The notes beneath the pieces were generated by a model. The model was not told the DNA's origin. It was given only the letters and a program-made list of their open reading frames with translations, and searched no databases. The position numbers were made by a program, and so were the translations under genes. From Centroscyllium fabricii (Eukaryota), in NCBI GenBank assembly GCA_051313645.2, contig JBNRSN020000014.1, positions 34,348,001 to 34,412,000 of the forward strand: a stretch of 64,000 bases of DNA, read 5' to 3'. Every line of letters begins with the position of its first letter. Positions within the stretch are counted from its first letter, which is position 1. This document shows positions 26,968 to 37,205 of the stretch, piece by piece.

Positions 26968-28528
26968 TAACTAAGAGAGATTCATTTAAACACAGCATAT
27001 ATAGAGGGAGAGAACAATGTAATCTTTCCAACTGTTCAACAACATCACCTCAGCAGAGAGACATTCAAAGCAATCAAAGGTGTTTTAACATATCAGTCAG
27101 GCACCAGCCTGAGATCAATGAGGTGCAGTCACAAAGGGTCGAATGTTGCAGACTTGTGTCTGTGTGAAAACCCACAGTGATTTAAAAAAAAAAAAGAAAA
27201 GATTTTTCTTACTGGAAATTGCAGCCGCATCCGCGTAGTGAGGACGAGCCAAAGATGACTGGAGTCTGGATGACTCTACGTCCGGCGGGGTCACATGTAG
27301 CGTGACATGAAGCCAATATCATGGTTGATGCCGTGCTCATGAGTGTGGAACTTGGCTATCCGCCTCTGCTCGACGATTTTGCGTTGTCGTGTGTCTCGAA
27401 GGCCACCTTGGAGAGAGATGCAGGAAAGCAGACAAGATCCCAAAAGGACCACGGATCACGAACCCACTCAAGTCGGCCTACAACACAGACTACGCTGAGA
27501 GACTCTGCCGCCGTACCTCTTGCAAACTCCTCGACCAACTGGTACACCAGCTCTACAGCAGACGCCGCAACCTCGAAACCAAGATAGAGTCCATGTTCTC
27601 AGCCTGTGCCCAGGACACAGCAGACCAGCTACGAGACACCGCCAAACAGACGAGGCAATGGAACTACACTGCCTACATGCATACCAAGAACAGTAAGCTT
27701 GAGAAACTCTGCATCACCACCAGCAGCAACCAAGCCTCCCCCGGTACTACGGTTGAAACCGCAGGGAAATCCATCATCAACTTGTCCGACCACACCCTTC
27801 AACCAGATGAAATCGAAGTTCTCAGCCGAGGGCTCAATTTCTGCCCCACCACCAAAATGGACCCCATCGGTCTCGCGGCAGACACAGGAATTCATCAGGA
27901 GAATGAGGCTCCGGGAATTCTTCCACAGATCCCAAGAGGTCAGCAGCAAACCCAATGAGACAATCAATGATCCAGAACAGCAGACCGAGGGATCCGCAGT
28001 GCAGCAATCGAAAGAATCAAATTGGACCCCTCCAGAGGGCCGCTGCCCTAAGTTGACATGTATGCTCAAGCTGTGAGGAGATGCATCAATGTCAGATTCA
28101 TCAGCCGCACTCGCAAGACTGCCCAGAATGTCACCCGAGCACAACGCAACACCATCCGTGCTCTCCAGACCAACTGCAACATCGTCCTCAAACCAGCAGA
28201 CAAGGGAGGAGCCATCGTCCTACAGAACAGAATGGACTATTGCAAAGAAGCATACCGACAACTGGACAACCAAGAACACTAGTTACCCACAGATCCGACC
28301 AAGGAACACACCCGCCAACTCAACCGACTGATCAAGACCTTCGATCCAGACTTTCAGGGCACCCTGCGTGCCCTCATCCCACGGAATCGCCGCATGGGCG
28401 ATTTCTACTGCCTCCCAAAGATACACAAAGCCAACACACCTGGACACCCTATTGTATCAGGGAACGGAATCCTGTGTGAGAACCTCTCTGGATACATCGA
28501 GGGCATCCTGAAACCCATCATACAGAGA

Positions 28529-28850
28529 GCTGGTGTTTCTGCACTTGTAGTCCATGATGGACTACAAGTGCAGAAACACCAGCCCCCCCCGACCAGCGAT
28601 GCCTCCCTACCGGAGGAACTCAACAACTTCTACACTCACTTCGACAGGGACAACAGGGAGCCTGCCACCAAAGTCCTGCAATCCCCGGAAGACCAGCCAT
28701 TAACACGGTCCTCCTCCGACGTAAGAGGTGCTCTACGTGGAGTGAACGCACGGAAGGCCGCGGGTCCTGATGGCATCCCCAGCCGGGCACTCAAAGAATG
28801 TGCCGACCAACTGGCTGAAGTCTTCACCGACATCTTCAACCTGTCACTGT
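28529..28850 (+). mobile_element. Rex1/Babar RT fragment nested in the PLE
   Basis: DASLPEELNNFYTHFD...VNARKAAGPDGIPSRALKECADQLAEVFTDIFNLSL in ORF 28394-28888. Confidence 0.85.
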
Positions 28851-28921
28851 GCAAACTCCACACAGATAGTACCCGAGGCTGGATTTGAACCCGGGTCTCT
28901 AGTGCTGTAAGGCAACAGTGC
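28849..28921 (-). mobile_element. HE1-like SINE head fragment nested in the PLE
   Basis: tgtgcaaactccacacagatagtacccgaggctggatttgaacccggg..., as in the other SINE copies. Confidence 0.85.
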
Positions 28922-29951
28922 CGTCATCGTGGGGGATACTGGTGTAGAGTGCTGAGACGTCCATCGTGGCGAGGAGTGTTCCTGGTTCAACTGGTCCGTG
29001 GGTGCTGAGATTCTGTAAGAAGTCTGTAGTGTCGCGACAGAAGCTGGGGGTTCAATTCAATTCAAGTTTTATTGTCATTGCGTACCGGAGTTGTTTTTAT
29101 ATATCCCCACGCCTCCACTACTTGCCTTCAAACAGCCGCCTAACCTCAAACAGACCATCGTTCGCAGCAAATTACCCAGCCTTCACGAGAACAGCGACCA
29201 TGACACCACACAACCCTGCCACGGCAACCTCTGCAAAACATGCCAGATCATCAGCACAGATACCATCATCACACATGAGGTCACCACACCAGGTACATGG
29301 TACATACTCATGTGACTCGACCAACGTCGTCGACCTCATAAGTTGCAGGGGGGGATGCCCCGGAGCATGGTACATCGGCGAGACCATGCAGACACTACGA
29401 CAACGGATGAACGGACACCGCACAACAATTACCAGGCAGGAGTGTTCCCTCCCAGTCGGGGAACACTTCAGCAGTCAAGGACATTCAGCCTCCGATCTTC
29501 GGGTAAGCATTCCCCAAGGCGGCCTTCAAGACACGCGACAACGCAAAATCGTCGAGCAGAGGCTGATAACCAAGTTCCGCACTCATGAGCACGGTCTCAA
29601 CCGGGATCTTGGCTTCATGTCGCGCTACATGTGACCCTGCCTGATGTAGAGTCATCCAGACTCGAGTCGTCTTTGGCTTGTCCTCACTGCGCGGATGCGG
29701 CTGCGATTTCCAGTAAGAAAAATCTTTTTTTTTGTTAAATCATTCTGTGGGTTTTCTCACACACACCAGACTGCAACATTCGACCCTTTGTGACTGCACC
29801 TCATTGATCTCAGGCTGGTGCCTGACTGATGTGTTAAAACACCTTTGATTGCTTTGAATGTCTCTCTGCTGAGGTGTGATGTTGAACAGTTGGAAAGATT
29901 ACATTGTTCTCTCCCTCTATATATGCTGTGTTTAAATTAATCTCTTTGTTA

Positions 29952-29986
29952 CACCTGTTGAAGGAGCTAAGCTCTGAAAGCTTGTG
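29952..29986 (+). ncRNA. Hammerhead motif copy in the 3' pLTR, core mutated (CUGUUGA)
   Basis: cac-CTGTTGA-aggagctaagctct-GAAA-gcttgtg; paralog of 26933-26967. Confidence 0.6.
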
Positions 29987-30658
29987 ATTTCAAATAAAAC
30001 TGTTGGACTATAACCTGGTGTTGTGACTTCTTACAATTGTCCACCCCAGTCCAACACCGGCACCTCCACATCATGATTCAAGCTTGCACTCTTCTATTTT
30101 GCCTCTTTGCATCTGTACTTTATATTAAAAAATCCTGATCTCTGCCTCCAAGGTTTGGCATCCTTTCCCTTACCCATTCCTATTATTTCCCTCATTTGTG
30201 AAGCCCCACGGATTTTTTTAAGTTGAAGTGCTATGTAATCAAGTTGTATACATTATATCTCCGCATTCCTTTTAACTTAATACTGGATGGTCCCATGTTT
30301 TCTCAGCGTGTCTAATACTGTACTTTGCATTTCTTACCGTTAAGAACTGTACTATGTTTCTTCCGATTTGTATAACTGATCGAAATCCTTAGCAAACCTC
30401 GTGCTGTGTATGTGTCAGAGCTGGAAGGGCACAGTGTATGGTTGGTGTTGCTATGCATCAATATGACAAAGATGGATAGCACCAATCCATTTTGTGCTAT
30501 TTTTCCAGCTCCTGAAGACCGAAGTGCTTTTGTCGTGTTTGAGATGTCAGCCTTTGGGTTCCTCTATTTCTTGACTTTTTTGAAAAGTCAGCGCAGGAGT
30601 GACTGGGTATTTGCTTTCTCTTTAATAACCTGCATCAGGCACTGCTCTTGCTTGAGGA

Positions 30659-31184
30659 AAAACATAGAAGATAGGAGCAGGAGTCGGCCATTCGGCCCCT
30701 CGAGCCTGCTCCGCCATTAAATGCGATCATGGCTGATCATCCAAACTCAGTACCCCGTACCTGCCTTCTCCCCATATCCCTTGATCCCTTTAGCTCTAAG
30801 AACGATATCTAACTCCTTGAATATATTTAATGAATTGGCCTCCACCGCCCTCTGTGGTAGAGAATTCTACAGGTTCACCACTCTCTGGGTGAAGAAATCC
30901 TTCTTCATCTCTGTCCTAAATGGCTTACCCCTTATCCTTAGACTATGATCCCTGGTTCTGGACTCTCCAACCATCGGGAACATTCTTCCTGCATCTAGTT
31001 TGTCCAGTCCTGTCAGAATTTTATAGGTTTCGATGAGATCCCCTCTCATTCATCTAAACTCCAGCGAGTATAAGCCCAATCGACCCAATCTCTCCTCATA
31101 CGTCATTCCTGCCATCCCAGGTATCAGCCTTGTGAATCTTCGCTGAACTCCTTCCCTGGCAAGAACATCTTTCCTTCGATAAGG
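30659..31184 (-). mobile_element. CR1 family A 3' fragment
   Basis: MRGDLIETYKILTGLDKLDAGRMFP...; near identical to 11761-12285. Confidence 0.9.
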
Positions 31185-31949
31185 GTGTGCCAGCATCACC
31201 CAGGTGACAAATGTTTCCTTCCTCTCTGAGCAAGTGTCCGGCCTCTGTATAGTGCGTCGCTCACTGTCTTAGATTGAGGTCTGGGTCATTTTTTGGAGAG
31301 GGACGGGGTGGTGTTGGGGTGTAAGATGGTGGCTGGTTATCACACCAGCCAGTGGGATGTAATGGCTTGCTGTGTAAATGTGAGCTATCGATTGCACCAT
31401 TGGCATTCTCCAAAGGATGTTTACTTGTTGCTTGGATACAGAGCTGATAATTTATCCTGTTTTATGGTATCTGTGTCATGTTGTTGTCATCAATATTTGA
31501 TGTAGGTTCTGTTGCGTAGGTCAGTGATGGTGTAAAACTACACATACTGCATGACTCGAGCGCCTGAGTACCTCTGTACATTTCACGTATATGTGTGTTA
31601 ATCTGTGAAATTTGTGCAAATGTTCAGTTAAGCAGCATTCAACAAGGCCTCTCATCTCTTCCCCCTTGTTCACATTAAGAATCTGTTCTGAACCTTTCTC
31701 TTGGTGCAATCCATATTACGTTAGCCCTTTCTAGACTGTGCATTTTCCATTGTGGATTAAAATTCTTAATTAGGTGCAGAGTAGATGCTGTTTTGTATAT
31801 CTTTCATCTATCAGCATGATGTACTCAGTACAGATATTGCAACTATAGTGTAGAAAATGTATACTCTGGACTTTTCCTTCCATGAGGTCCTACTGCAGTT
31901 AACTTTTTTTAATATCCGAAGTATTGTCTGAATTCTTGCAAGATGTGGA

Positions 31950-32250
31950 ATCATAGAATGCCTACAGTGCAGATAGAGGTCATTTCGGCCCATCGAGCCT
32001 GCACCGACACATATCTCACCCTATCCCCGTAACCCCACACAGTTAATCCCCCTAACACTTGGGGTCAATTTATCATGGCCAATCAACCTAACCTGCACAC
32101 CTTTGGACTGTGCGTGGGTTTCCTCCGGGTGCTCCGGTTTCCTCCCAGACACTGGGAGACTCCACACAGATAGTCACCCGAGGCTGGATTTGAACCCGGG
32201 CCCCTGGCGCTGTGAGGCAGCAGTGCTAACCACTATGCCACCGTGCTGCC
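31950..32250 (-). mobile_element. HE1-like SINE, short-tail type, with internal micro-inversion
   Basis: Candidate TSD gtgga (31945-31949, 32251-32255); tail atcatagaatgcctacagtgcagatagaggtcatttcggccc. Confidence 0.85.
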
Positions 32251-33014
32251 GTGGAGGCATGCCACTCTGTAAATAGCTGCTATGAGGTGTGTTGGTGCCC
32301 TCGTGAGGGTAATGGCCTTGTTTATACTCAACAGGCCAAGATTGACTGTGACCGGAATTAGTTGAAATTCCCTGACACTTCTTTGCATGTTGCATTGTCT
32401 ATTGTCCAGTAGGACACGGACGGTTTCCTTGTGGTCCTCTTCAACTAGAAGGCTGCGTTATACTAGTGGGTTTCCCTCGAATGGGAGGGTGCAGCCTGCA
32501 GATGTTTTCATAGACAACATAATATGACTTTGTGCCTGGATAACATGTAGATTATTGTATGGTGAGCTCACTCTGTGAAATTCTATTGCTCGGTCAGGGG
32601 ACGTGGAGCTGTGAATTGGTTCACGGTAATATTGGTGGGTTAGATGTGAAGTAACGGTGTAGCCATCTTGTTTGGAATACATCTTGGGTGTCTCAGCAGA
32701 GCTTGTACGAATGGGTTTGTCAAAGTAATGCTGAACTTTGAGACACTTGTACAATAAACTTACAGGGTTACAGACAAAAGCGGGGGGTGGGACTAAGCAC
32801 AACTGCTCTTTCAAAGAGCCAGCATGGGCACAAAGGGCCGAATGGCCTCCTTCTGTGCTGTAAGTTTCTATGATTCTTCAATGGATCCAAATTGTATTCT
32901 TGTATCATATCTTACCTCTGTGCATTGCAGTCTGAGTTTCTGTGCTGTGTGTGCAATTGCCAGCTATTGATTTGGTTGTGGGGACAGAGCTGAGCATTTT
33001 TACGTGGTCTGTTG

Positions 33015-33625
33015 CGCAGATCGAGTGACCGTTTTGCGAAACACCTCTGTTCAGTCCGTAAGGGGGACCCCGAGCTCCCGGTCCCCTGTCACTTTAATTC
33101 TCCACTCCCACTCTGATCTCTCTGTCCGCGGCCTATTACATTGTTCCTCGGAAGCTCAACGTAAACTCGAGGAACAACACCTCATCTTCCGATTAGGCAC
33201 TTTACAGCCCTCCGGACTCTATATCGAGTTCAACAATTTCAGATCATAACTTCGGCCCCCATTATATTTTTATCCACACCTTTTATTTGGCCTTTTTTTT
33301 TTTTTCTTGTCTCTCTCGCTCTCTCGTAGCAGCCGCTTCCCATTCTACCTGTGCTTTTCACACCTAATCTACAGCTGTCTCCTGTCCACCGCCCCATCAG
33401 CATTGAATACCTCTTAACGTCTTTTCTCTTTGTTCTCCTCTTGTTTTCTGTTCCCTCCCAGCCCCCGGCCTTCCTACCTCTTTCATTTCCTGGCTTTAGT
33501 CTTGATAAAGGGTCCGAACATGAAACTTCGACACTATTTCGCCACGGGTGTTGCCTGGCCGGCTGAGTTTTTCCAGTATTTTCTGTTATTTTGGATTTCC
33601 AGCACCTGCAGTATTTTGCTGTTGT
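33015..33625 (+). mobile_element. Penelope-like element family 2, 3' fragment ending about 30 nt before the exon acceptor
   Basis: HSHSDLSVRGLLHCSSEAQRKLEEQHLIFRLGTLQPSGLYIEFNNFRS (GIY-YIG C-terminus), then UTR and tip ttccagcacctgcagtattttgct. Confidence 0.85.
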
Positions 33626-33653
33626 TTATAGATTACTCTCTTTGTCTCTTCAG

Positions 33654-33750
33654 GTGAAGGAGTTGACTAAGTACCTAGATCCTGCTGGTCTTGGGGTCAT
33701 TGCCTTTGACGACTTCTGTCGTGGAATTGCTGCTATCAAGAATAATGGAG
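33654..33750 (+). CDS. RAB11FIP3: Internal coding exon (probable exon 2, second EF-hand) of a Rab11 family-interacting protein 3-like gene
   Basis: Polypyrimidine tract ctctctttgtctcttcag acceptor and GAG|gtaagg donor. 97 nt translating VKELTKYLDPAGLGVIAFDDFCRGIAAIKNNG(+1 nt), closely matching the recalled RAB11FIP3 segment VKDLTKYLDPSGLGVISFEDFYQGITAIRNG and less well RAB11FIP4. Confidence 0.9.
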
Positions 33751-34016
33751 GTAAGGATTGTGCAAACTAACCTGCAGGGTTTGTGCAGACTGCATGCTGC
33801 AGGAATGCTCCATTTAATTTGCTTCTGTTCATATATTGACTCTACATAACCAGTTTAAATCAGGAACAAACTGAAAGAATTCAGTATAATGAATAAAATG
33901 AGTTGACTATAAACATCTCACATTCATCTTTAACTGTTAATGATGCACACTACCCCACAAACCCTCAGTTTGCTTCAAGGCTATTCCTCTTACCTGGGGG
34001 TTAACGTAAAGTACTG

Positions 34017-34644
34017 CAGGTTGAACTTCGTTGATCCGGCAAGGTCGGGACCAGGCCCATGCCGGAATACTGAAAAAAACAAATGAATGAAGCTGTCCCG
34101 AGCGCATGCGCGGACCATTCAAAATGGCCGCAGCACGCGCAGACCAGTGCAGGTGGCCGCAGTGGAGGCAGAGCACGGGGCGATTTCCGGTGGAGCAGTA
34201 CAACTCCTCGCGGGTGCAAGATGGAGCTCTGTAGCTCGCCGGTGAGGCCTCAGCGGATTGGAGCACTCGATGGGGACACGCTCCAGAAGGTCAGGCATGG
34301 TTGTGGACACGTCCCAGAAGGTCAGGTGCTGCTGAAGCCATGCCGTCGGGACACGCCCCGGAAGTTCGGGTGCGGCTGAAGCCGCGCCGTCAGGACCAGT
34401 GCGCATTCGGGAAAGGCCCCGGGAGGAAGCCCGGTCCAACACGTCACGGGGCCCGAGCTTCATGTCCGGTACGGGGGTTTTTTGTAAAGCGCAGGAAGCG
34501 TCTAAGAGCGGCGCTGCGCAGGCCAGTCGGGAATTGTGGACGGTGAGGAGCATCACTGCGCATGCGCCGACCACTCGGGGATATCTATGCCGGATGTCTG
34601 AAGCTGCCGGTTTTTCGGGTGCCGGATCAACGAAGTTCAACCTG
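34017..34644. mobile_element. pogo/Tigger-like MITE (subfamily 1)
   Basis: Perfect TIR CAGGTTGAACTTCGTTGATCCGGCA / TGCCGGATCAACGAAGTTCAACCTG; flanked by TG (probably mutated TA) and TA; CpG-rich interior. Confidence 0.85.
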
Positions 34645-34774
34645 TACTTGTTTTTAGTCTTGGTATCCCATCTCCACGAGCAGTGTGCACACAGATCCTA
34701 ACTTGGTATCTGTAAATGAAATGCTGAACTCCCTATTGGCCAATGAATGTGTTCTACACGGACTCTGCCCTGTA

Positions 34775-35020
34775 TCCAAAGATGTGTGAGTTAGGTTGAT
34801 TGGCCATGATAAATTGACCCTTAGTGTGAGGGTGATTGAATATGTGGGGTTACGGGGATAGGGTGGGATATGTCCGTGCAGGCTCGATAGGGATCGAGGG
34901 ATATGGGGACAAGGCAGGCGCAGGGTACTGGGTTTGGATGATCAGCCATGATCTCATTGAATGGCAGAGCAGGCTCGAAGGGCCGAATGGCCGATTCGTG
35001 CTCCTATCTTCTATGTTCTA
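34775..35020 (+). mobile_element. 5'-truncated HE1-like SINE, long-tail type
   Basis: Matches 8155-8402. Confidence 0.85.
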
Positions 35021-36974
35021 TATCACTGGGGAGTGAACCTCTGGTCTGCAGGGTTAAAATTGAAGCCTCTGCCTTTAGTGTTGGATAACTGGAATATGCT
35101 TAAAAGCCACTGTTGAGACATGTACAAAAGGTGGTCTGTAACCTGATAGTAATCCCTCTTATAATTTGAGCACAGTTAATTCACATCAAACTTGCAAATG
35201 TTTAGGCTGATGATAGGGGAGGGTGTTCTTGCCTTTGCAGCAGTTGCCATCCTTGTTAACTGGTGCTGGTGAAATTGAGATTTTAGTCTGAAAACGCTGG
35301 AATAAATTAGTCTTAAAACATTGGAATAAATTTGTTGTTTAGTTTTAACTGTCACACATGACATCATCCTCCTGATACTGTGCAAATTCCAACCTGTCCC
35401 CATTTTAATATCATCTTTCCCAGGCAGGCAGCTCAGTTGCTTTAGTTGTCACACAGTTTGTGGCCTCTAATTTGCATTCATACTTCATGCATTCCTGTAA
35501 CTCTGGGAAAGCTTGCAATGATGGAGTTTTATCATGTTTTGAATCTGAGCCTATCTGCTTTTAATATTGGAGGAGAGGCTGCAGATAAATTTATTCGGCC
35601 GGAGCTGCACGTTTAAATCTCCAAGAAACTCTGAAACCAACTGTGATGAGATGGGATGCTTCATATGTTTATATACTAATTGCAAGCTTGTTTGCTGTTT
35701 TACTGTGGATGGTCAATTGAGTTAGTTGGAGTCTAGACAGACTTAATATCTTATGTTTTAATGGAAAAGCCATGGACATTGATTAAAGTTAACCTTCTGC
35801 TTAACTGTCTATGGATAGGTATTTTAGGAAACCTATTTTGGATAGCTGTGTTCAAATTTATATATGTCATTTAATCACCCTTTGATCTTCTGAAATCAAG
35901 GAGATACGTAGAATTATAATCCCAAAGGGAGTTTCTGTTTACCAATTGTGTCCCCCAATGCAGGTCATGCGGAGGTGGTCTTGGGCAGCTTTGGGGACAT
36001 TACAATCCCCTGTGTATTAAAATTGTAGAACACCTGTTAGTCCAGGTAGTAGAGTTAGTGAAGTGTTGTGGTGTTCTTGTATCCAAGGAGGGAGTGCAAG
36101 GTAAAAGTTGGTAGAAACGGTGCATACTGCTGCGTTGTATCTTGCCATTGCTAATCTGTTACTTCTAATCAACCAGTTCTTACTTTATAACCTAAACTAC
36201 AGCTTGATGAATGTTGATTCTTCTGCTATCTGACATCCAGGAGCTCATGAGGGCTCATGTCATCGCTCAGTGGGCTGAATACAGGGAGCAAGGTTTCTGC
36301 TTGACTCCTGGGCAGTGCTACAATACCAGATGTTGTACAAGTAAGGTGTCACTCCAGGTTGCAGGGAGTGGGTCTTGATGCCGAGGAACCGACTTTAAAT
36401 GAGTAAAACCTGAAACTTTCCTGTCATCTTGGATTAAATGTTCTCCAATTCCTACTTTAGAGTCTTGGGAAGCATCTCAAGGGATGTTACTTTTACCTGT
36501 ACAAATACCTTTTGGATGCAGCATTGATCCACGTTTTATTGCTGAATAACCAGGAGACGCTACAGCAGTATGGCAAACAATGCGAGTCTCTCTCCCACTT
36601 CCTAAGATGGAATTAATCTATCTGTTTTAGAAAAGCTGAGCTGGGATTTGAGTCCCAAGATCTTCTGGCCCTGAGCTCAGTGCTCAACCGACTGACTTAT
36701 CTGATCTGTCCAGTGAAATATCTTGCATCGGGGTCATTGTCCTGAAATCACAAGGTACCGAGGGTAGAAAGTAGTCGCCTCCAACAAATACCTGTGTTTG
36801 CACAAGTGTTTCAGCTGACTGCCCATTTTGCAGTCATGAGGAGGCCATGCTCCACATCTAAATACTGCTGTCTCTAATTTATCAATTGAATCTGGCTCTA
36901 TTTGAAATTTCTGGTGCAACTCCTCACCAGTTGATGGTTGTGTGGTACATAAGGCAAGCAAATCGGAGGTGAAA

Positions 36975-37205
36975 AAGAAAGACATGCATTTATATAGCGC
37001 CTTTCACGACCACTGGATGTCTCAAAGCGCTGCACAGCCAACCGTTATTTTTCAAGTGTAGTCAGTGTTGTAATGTAGGAAACGCAGCAACCAATTTGCG
37101 CGCAACATGGTCCCACAAACAGCAATGTGATAAATGACCAAATAATCTGTTTAGTGATGTTGGTTGAGGGATAAATATTGGCCAAGACACTGGGGTGAGC
37201 CTCCA
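36975..37205 (-). mobile_element. Deu-domain SacSINE1-like SINE 3' part
   Basis: gcatttatatagcgcctttcac...cccacaaacagcaatgtgataaatgacc...gttggttgagggataaatattggcca. Confidence 0.75.

Larger units (their letters stand above)
26893..30073 (+). mobile_element. Penelope-like element family 1 with 5' inverted pseudo-LTR, disrupted RT and GIY-YIG domain
   Basis: 12-bp TSD tgattcaagctt (26881-26892, 30074-30085). 26893-27415 is the reverse complement of about 29510-30025. RT motifs VLSRGLNFCPT, KPADKGGAIV, FYCLPKIHK..PIVSG; GIY-YIG SCDSTNVV.LISC..C...YIGET.Q.LRQRMNGHR...GLNRDLG ending at stop 29634. Confidence 0.92.

Noticed and set aside
28394-28888. Novel PLE-Rex1 fusion protein
   Set aside because: Chance in-frame run across insertion junctions; both elements are truncated and lack the RT catalytic motif.
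29640-29725. HDV-like ribozyme in the PLE 3' UTR (tcctcact loop-like motif)
   Set aside because: I could not assemble a consistent P1/P2/P3/P1.1 pseudoknot by eye; a descriptor search would be needed.
33937-34701. Cluster of overlapping 70-170 aa ORFs
   Set aside because: Result of high GC content inside a MITE; no transposase or other recognisable motifs.
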